From the NCBI GenBank assembly GCA_004376385.1, contig SOJY01000063.1, forward strand, positions 1 to 31,139: DNA of 31,139 nucleotides. Reading direction: 5' to 3'. This document shows positions 26,454 through 31,139 of the stretch, piece after piece. This stretch comes from Candidatus Bathyarchaeum sp. (GTDB taxonomy: Archaea > Thermoproteota > Bathyarchaeia > Bathyarchaeales > Bathyarchaeaceae). How positions within the stretch are numbered: position 1 is the stretch's first letter; each line of letters starts with the position of its first letter. A program made the translations under genes and the position numbers. The notes beneath the pieces were generated by a model. That model was not told the origin of the DNA. It did not search any database and worked only from the letters and a program-made list of their open reading frames with translations.

Positions 26454-26495
26454 ATGCCCAGTTTCCTTTGCTTGACACAAGAAAAACCCTCTTCT

Positions 26496-26511
26496 TATAT
26501 AAAAAATTATC
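26496..26511 (-). promoter_or_regulatory. Distal BRE-TATA for the lysC-aro operon
   Basis: Minus strand GATAAT-tt-TTTATATA; predicted start ~26472, giving a ~155-nt leader. Confidence 0.5.
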
Positions 26512-26575
26512 GTAGAGAAAAAATGGAGGCAAAAGACGACTTCAAAGTACGCCTATGCCCATACTGCTTGAATGC

Positions 26576-27919
26576 TTAAACATATTTCCTGAGGTGTTCT
26601 TTTGCTTCGTTGATACTTTGGAAACCGTATTTGATGTCCTTGAAGCTCTGCCTCAATTTGATGACATCCTTTCGTACTTCGGCGCGGGTCCTCTTGCCCT
26701 TCATGACATCCAAGATCAAAGAACACAGGCGCTCTATGTCATTTTCTTTGAAGCCTCTCCGAGTCACATCCTGAAAACCTATCCTGAGACCCGACGGGTC
26801 ACCATGGTTGTGCTGATTATCGTAAGGCAAAAGATTCTTGTTCAGAACAATGTGGGCATCCTCAAGACTAAACGCGAGCTTCTGTCCGCCACCATAATCT
26901 CGAACATCAACAGCAATCTGGTGGGAACGCGTAAAACCATTCTTTCTTCCCAAAACCTTCACGCCATTCTCGAACAGGTACTTGCCCGCTGTCTGAGCGT
27001 TCTTAATTGTCTGCTTAGCCAACTCTTTACCGTACAGTTTCAGCTCCAATGCGGCTAAACCCAAGGCAGGAAGCCGTCCAAGATGAGTGCTCGAGGCGCT
27101 CAACGGGAATACCGCATGCTGCACCTTCTTGATTGCCTTCTTCATCCGTTCGTCTTCACAATTCGCGAGGATAACTCCGCCTTGAGGTCCTGGAAAAGTT
27201 TTGTGAGTTGACGCAGTTATGAAATCCACGCCTTCTCCGAAGGGGTCCTGAAACTCTCCGCCGGCAATCAAGCCCAAGACATGCGCTGCGTCATAAACAA
27301 CGTAGGCACCCGTTTCCTTAGCAACTTCTGCCAGTTCCTTAACGGGGTGAGGAAACGGGAAAACGCTGCCTCCGAAAGTCACTATGCCCGGTCTAGCTGT
27401 GTCGATTATTGTAGCAGACTTTTCTGAGTCAATGTTCAGTTCGTCTATATCGTAAGCGTGATTAATGGTCTCCAACCCCAATACTCTACCGGCAAGACCA
27501 GAGTAGTCATGACTGATATGAGCCCCAGCACTAAGTGGCAAAACAACCATCCGGTTATTTTTTGTTGCCAAAGAGACGCCTTTGAAGGTGGCAAGATTCG
27601 CGTGGGTACCTGAGACAAGCCGCACGTCAGCCCAGTTACATCCGAACAGATTTTTCATCAAATCTGCTGCGTAATTCTCGATTTTTGTAATGTATTTCTG
27701 ACCTTGATAGTGCCTCGCTTTAACGTGGCCCGCAAGGTCATTTTCTCCTTCGGCGTACCTGGATTCCAAGTCCTGTGACAAGCTTAGTATTTCGTTCACT
27801 GCCGGAGATTTGAGTCCCTCACTTGCAATCAGATTTATGCACTCTTCTCCCCGGTATCGTTCATGGTCTTCGCTGGATTTAATTAACCCGAGAGCTAACT
27901 TCAAGAAGTCATCTTCCAT
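26576..27919 (-). CDS. glyA: Serine hydroxymethyltransferase, archaeal type (start ATG 27919 after GGGAGG rather than 27973)
   Basis: NLIASE, RYAEG, YQG, SGTHAN, HISH, DAAHVLGLIAGG, STHKTFPGPQGG (PLP lysine), SG.RIG. Confidence 0.95.
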   Translation of the reverse strand: MEDDFLKLALGLIKSSEDHERYRGEECINLIASEGLKSPAVNEILSLSQDLESRYAEGENDLAGHVKARHYQGQKYITKIENYAADLMKNLFGCNWADVRLVSGTHANLATFKGVSLATKNNRMVVLPLSAGAHISHDYSGLAGRVLGLETINHAYDIDELNIDSEKSATIIDTARPGIVTFGGSVFPFPHPVKELAEVAKETGAYVVYDAAHVLGLIAGGEFQDPFGEGVDFITASTHKTFPGPQGGVILANCEDERMKKAIKKVQHAVFPLSASSTHLGRLPALGLAALELKLYGKELAKQTIKNAQTAGKYLFENGVKVLGRKNGFTRSHQIAVDVRDYGGGQKLAFSLEDAHIVLNKNLLPYDNQHNHGDPSGLRIGFQDVTRRGFKENDIERLCSLILDVMKGKRTRAEVRKDVIKLRQSFKDIKYGFQSINEAKEHLRKYV

Positions 27920-28140
27920 CGCCCATTTTCCTCCCAAACAGTTCCTCAGGGCATTTTGTTGGTTTCTGAGCATTACGTCACTTATTTACATTTCTTCACA
28001 CGAAAAACCACAGCACCAGCTTGTAACTTCAAAGGGCTTCGGCTGACAGTTTCCTGTTAAGAAATGGATGTATCATAAGTCAATATTTTGAGTTCATAAA
28101 GCTTTTCTTTATTTTCAATATCGATCTAAGCGGTGTAACC

Positions 28141-28287
28141 ATGAGCAAACGGAAACTCCACTATGGAGTGCGCCTAACCGTGGATCAGTTGAAGTACCTG
28201 AAGACTGTTGGTAAGCCTTCAGAATGGATACGTCAAGCAGTAGATGAAAAGAAAAGACGTGAAGAGAAAGACCTCAGATCAAAATGA
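28141..28287 (+). CDS. 48-aa ribbon-helix-helix (CopG/Arc/MetJ-like) protein MSKRKLHYGVRLTVDQLKYLKTVGKPSEWIRQAVDEKKRREEKDLRSK (not in the ORF track)
   Basis: Hand-translated; alternating beta strand (HYGVRLT), helix A, then SE.IR.AV helix-B signature; GGTG SD upstream. Confidence 0.72.
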   Translation: MSKRKLHYGVRLTVDQLKYLKTVGKPSEWIRQAVDEKKRREEKDLRSK

Positions 28288-28584
28288 AACGAAGCTAGAC
28301 ACGCAAAACAGCAACAGATAAACTGAAGTTCGATCCTACGCGCGTCCAAACGGAAGCAAAATAAACAAGACGGTCACAATGCTTCTAGCTTTTCAGTCAC
28401 ATTCATTTATGTTGTAGCGTATTTGTCTAAATGGATTTGAAAGTTCTTAATCATCAACCACTATCAAATTCTTGATCAATAGATGGAAAGCCAACAGAAA
28501 TCTGTCGAAAAAATTCTTTCTGAAAAAGAGTTGTTTCAAAAAAATGTCGGATTCATTACAGGTTCCAGTCTTTATTCCGACACA

Positions 28585-28626
28585 TTTTTATAGGCGGTCG
28601 GCGAAACCCTCTCTTTGAGGGTGATA
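28585..28626 (+). promoter_or_regulatory. TATA box and strong SD for HTH-fae-hps
   Basis: TTTTTATA at 28585-28592; GAGGGTGAT just upstream of GTG 28629. Confidence 0.55.
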
Positions 28627-28628
28627 TT

Positions 28629-30077
28629 GTGTCGGGATATGACGGTAGAAAACCGGAAACAAAAGAAGAATTCATCGATTTACTGGTTACAGCCAAGAAA
28701 GAGGAAAGAAGAATAAGGAAATCTCGGGGTAGCAGGTCGACGAAACCGACAATAAAGGGTACGGCCGAAGTCATGGGGATTCACCGTGACACTTTGTATC
28801 AGTGGATGAGAGAATTTGATGTTGACTTTTCGGATGTTGATGAGAGGGAACTGCTTTTCGAAGAAGCCACGAAGCGCAAAGAAACCACATATCTGATTGG
28901 CGAGGCTTTGATGGGTGAAGGCACAGAGGTTGCCCATGTAGATTTGCTGATTGGCGACAAGGATGGTCCTGTTGGGCAAGCTTTTGCCAACGGTTTGTCG
29001 AACTTGTCTGCCGGTCACACTCCGCTTCTAGCAGTTATACGTCCGAATCTTCCACCCAAACCGCATACGCTTCTTGTGCCAAAGGTCACTGTGAAAAATA
29101 TGGAGCAGATAGGAAAGATTTTTGGTCCTGCTCAGGCAGCCGTAGCAAAGGCGGTTGCTGACTCTGTCGAAGAGGGGATTATTCCGGAGGACAAGGTTGA
29201 TGATTGGGTGATCATCTGCAGCGTCTTTATTCATCCGCAGGCTAAGGATTATCGCAGCATTTATCATTATAATTATGGAGCAACAAAACTGGCGTTGTCG
29301 AGGGCTTTGGAGAATTATCCTTCACTGAAGAAGATCATGTATGATAAAGACAGGGCGAAGCATCCGATAATGGGCTTCAAAGTGCCTAGATTGTGGAGAC
29401 CACCCTACCTGCAGGTAGCCCTTGATGTTCCCAACTTGGAAAGAGTCAAGAAAATCATAAACGAGCTGCCGGAGAGCGACAGAATCATACTGGAGGTTGG
29501 TACACCTCTGCTGAAGAAGTACGGCGTGAACGTCATCCGTGACTTGAGGAAGGTGGCTAAAGACATGTTCATCGTAGCTGACCTGAAGACGTTGGATGTC
29601 GGAAAAGTGGAGGTTGACTTAGCCTTTGAGGAAACAGCCGACGCAGTTGTAGTCGCTGGTTTAGCAACTCCAGAAACTATCGACAAATTCATCAAAGAAG
29701 CAAAACGGCTAGGAATCTACGCAATAATGGATTTGATGAACGTTGACGACCCCATCGGCAAACTTCGGTCACTCAAAAGATTGCCTGATGTTGCGATTCT
29801 ACATCGTGCCATAGATGCGGAGAAAACAGGCAAAACACGCTGGGATATAATCAAGGAGATGCGGCAGACATTCCAAGGCAAGAAGTTTTTGGTAGCAGTT
29901 GCAGGCGGCATAACTCCGGAGACAGCGCCTGAAGCGTTGGCAAATGGGGCAGACATCATCATTGTCGGACGATACATAACGCAATCCAAGGACGTAGAGC
30001 GGGCAACCAGAGAATTCTTGAAGAGCACAAAAGACATGGCACAGGACATAGACCTCTTCAGGGTACACGTAGAATAA
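28629..30077 (+). CDS. fae-hps: Formaldehyde-activating enzyme / 3-hexulose-6-phosphate synthase fusion with an extra N-terminal HTH domain
   Basis: Fae: IGEAL.G.G...[38 protein letters not shown]; Hps: LQVALD, E.GTP, D.K..D, H..D, AGGI, VGR.I; aa 40-65 form an HTH. Confidence 0.93.
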   Translation: MSGYDGRKPETKEEFIDLLVTAKKEERRIRKSRGSRSTKPTIKGTAEVMGIHRDTLYQWMREFDVDFSDVDERELLFEEATKRKETTYLIGEALMGEGTEVAHVDLLIGDKDGPVGQAFANGLSNLSAGHTPLLAVIRPNLPPKPHTLLVPKVTVKNMEQIGKIFGPAQAAVAKAVADSVEEGIIPEDKVDDWVIICSVFIHPQAKDYRSIYHYNYGATKLALSRALENYPSLKKIMYDKDRAKHPIMGFKVPRLWRPPYLQVALDVPNLERVKKIINELPESDRIILEVGTPLLKKYGVNVIRDLRKVAKDMFIVADLKTLDVGKVEVDLAFEETADAVVVAGLATPETIDKFIKEAKRLGIYAIMDLMNVDDPIGKLRSLKRLPDVAILHRAIDAEKTGKTRWDIIKEMRQTFQGKKFLVAVAGGITPETAPEALANGADIIIVGRYITQSKDVERATREFLKSTKDMAQDIDLFRVHVE

Positions 30078-30107
30078 GAGAATAAACTCCCTTTTCCCTT
30101 CTTTGTT

Positions 30108-30491
30108 TTAACTTGATTTTTTGGCTATCGCATCGATTTCTAGAAGCACTCCAGCCATTAGACCTGCCTGTACTGTAGTTCGTGCTGGCGGATTCTTCTC
30201 AAAGTATTTGCTGTAGACCTGATTAAAAGATTGAAAATCGCTAAAACTGCTAAGAAACACCGAGGTTTTCACGACATCATTTAATGTTAGGTTTATGCTT
30301 TCGAGGATATTCTTTAGGTTCTCTAGCACCTGAACTGTTTGCGCCTCAATTCCTCCATCAACAACTTTTGAGGTTTTCGTGTCAATAGGGATTTGACCAG
30401 AGACAAAAACGAAATCGCCGCTGATTACAGCCTGCGAGTAGGGACCTACTGGCTTGGGAGCATTTTCTGTGAAAACAATTTTTTTAGACAA
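30108..30491 (-). CDS. ridA: RidA-family enamine/imine deaminase
   Basis: GPYSQA, SGQIP, ENL, FN.VY..YF, PPART (catalytic Arg), EI.AIA. Confidence 0.93.
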   Translation of the reverse strand: MSKKIVFTENAPKPVGPYSQAVISGDFVFVSGQIPIDTKTSKVVDGGIEAQTVQVLENLKNILESINLTLNDVVKTSVFLSSFSDFQSFNQVYSKYFEKNPPARTTVQAGLMAGVLLEIDAIAKKSS

Positions 30492-30714
30492 CTACACCAT
30501 GCCTCATTATGGTCTCGGTTAAAAGACAATATATTATTTGGGAAAACATTGGTATAGTACAATGTTTCTGTAAGCAAAAATTAGGTAAATCAAGCTTCTT
30601 TAAGCTCAATCTTAAACCGAAGTTGACTAACCTTCAGCAGTCAAAGGCTCTTGTTAACAGGTAAACAGGTATTAAATTTGGAGAGCACAATAATAGAAAT
30701 TAAGGTGAGAAGAA

Positions 30715-31131
30715 ATGGCAAAAATTAAAGCAACTGCAAAATGGGTAGAGAATGTTCGTTCAATCGCAGATAATTCAAGAGGTCATAACGTAGTATTAGA
30801 TTTAGGAACCGCGAGCGGGGGCGACAACAAAGGCCCATCAGCACTGGAGTTAGCCATCATGTCTCTAGCGGACTGCGCCGTAACAATATTTGCGGATGTT
30901 TGCAAGCAGAGCAACGTGGAAATCAGCAAAATGGAGGTCGTGACAGAAGCGGAAAAGCCCGCTGGTTCGCCTATAATAACTGGCGTTAACATGAAAGTTA
31001 GAGTAGCCGCGAAAGCGAGAAAACAAAAACTTGACGCTATCTGGAGGAGAACCGAAGCAAACTGTCCTGTTGTATTCATCTTCCAAGAAAAGATACCAGT
31101 GAACATAGAAGTCGAAACAATCTCTGAATAA
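30715..31131 (+). CDS. OsmC/Ohr-family protein
   Basis: RGH....D......G...GP...EL....L..C and second cysteine in E..CPV. Confidence 0.88.
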   Translation: MAKIKATAKWVENVRSIADNSRGHNVVLDLGTASGGDNKGPSALELAIMSLADCAVTIFADVCKQSNVEISKMEVVTEAEKPAGSPIITGVNMKVRVAAKARKQKLDAIWRRTEANCPVVFIFQEKIPVNIEVETISE

Positions 31132-31139
31132 TTCTCCTT

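Noticed and set aside
27920-28080. Possible Ser/Gly leader peptide or known riboswitch before glyA
   Set aside because: uORFs there (e.g. MIHPFLNRKLSAEAL) lack Ser/Gly runs and I could not recognise any glycine, THF or ZTP aptamer consensus by eye.
28297-28348. tRNA-like fragment: TGAAG-TTCGATC-CTACG T-arm followed by CGCGTCCA, with a partial acceptor match AGACACG upstream
   Set aside because: Only 20 nt lie between the acceptor 5' strand and the T-arm, too few for D and anticodon arms, and both stems have mismatches. Not a tRNA gene; an att-like remnant cannot be supported without an integrase nearby.

Overview
Archaeal chromosomal window, probably Bathyarchaeia or a related lineage. This is an inference from the Fae-Hps, GHMP-type AroK, AroA'/AroB', LysW and LysM gene content and the frequent TTG/GTG starts. 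Almost all of it is amino-acid biosynthesis. (1) A complete LysW-dependent alpha-aminoadipate Lys(/Arg) locus: hcs-hacA-hacB-hicdh and lysM on the minus strand, lysWXYZJK on the plus strand, with an atypical LysX carrying a ~73-aa insertion. (2) An ~11 kb minus-strand run from aspartate to Tyr/Phe (lysC-asd-aroA'-aroB'-aroD-aroE-aroK-aroA-aroC-chorismate mutase-aminotransferase-tyrA), converging on pheA. (3) A C1/damage-control cluster: glyA, an unlisted 48-aa ribbon-helix-helix gene, an HTH-Fae-Hps triple fusion, ridA and osmC. The best candidate for an undescribed system is upstream of lysC. A 24-codon uORF missing from the ORF track (MNSHSTTSTSNSSMFYSFSYFFYN; 7 Phe/Tyr in 9 codons) has its stop codon at the base of a 14-bp hairpin with mutually exclusive alternative pairings, just before the lysC ribosome-binding site. 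This looks like a Phe/Tyr-sensing leader-peptide attenuator in an archaeon. No rRNA, intact tRNA, CRISPR array or transposase was seen. All product calls come from motif recognition by eye; no database search was run.
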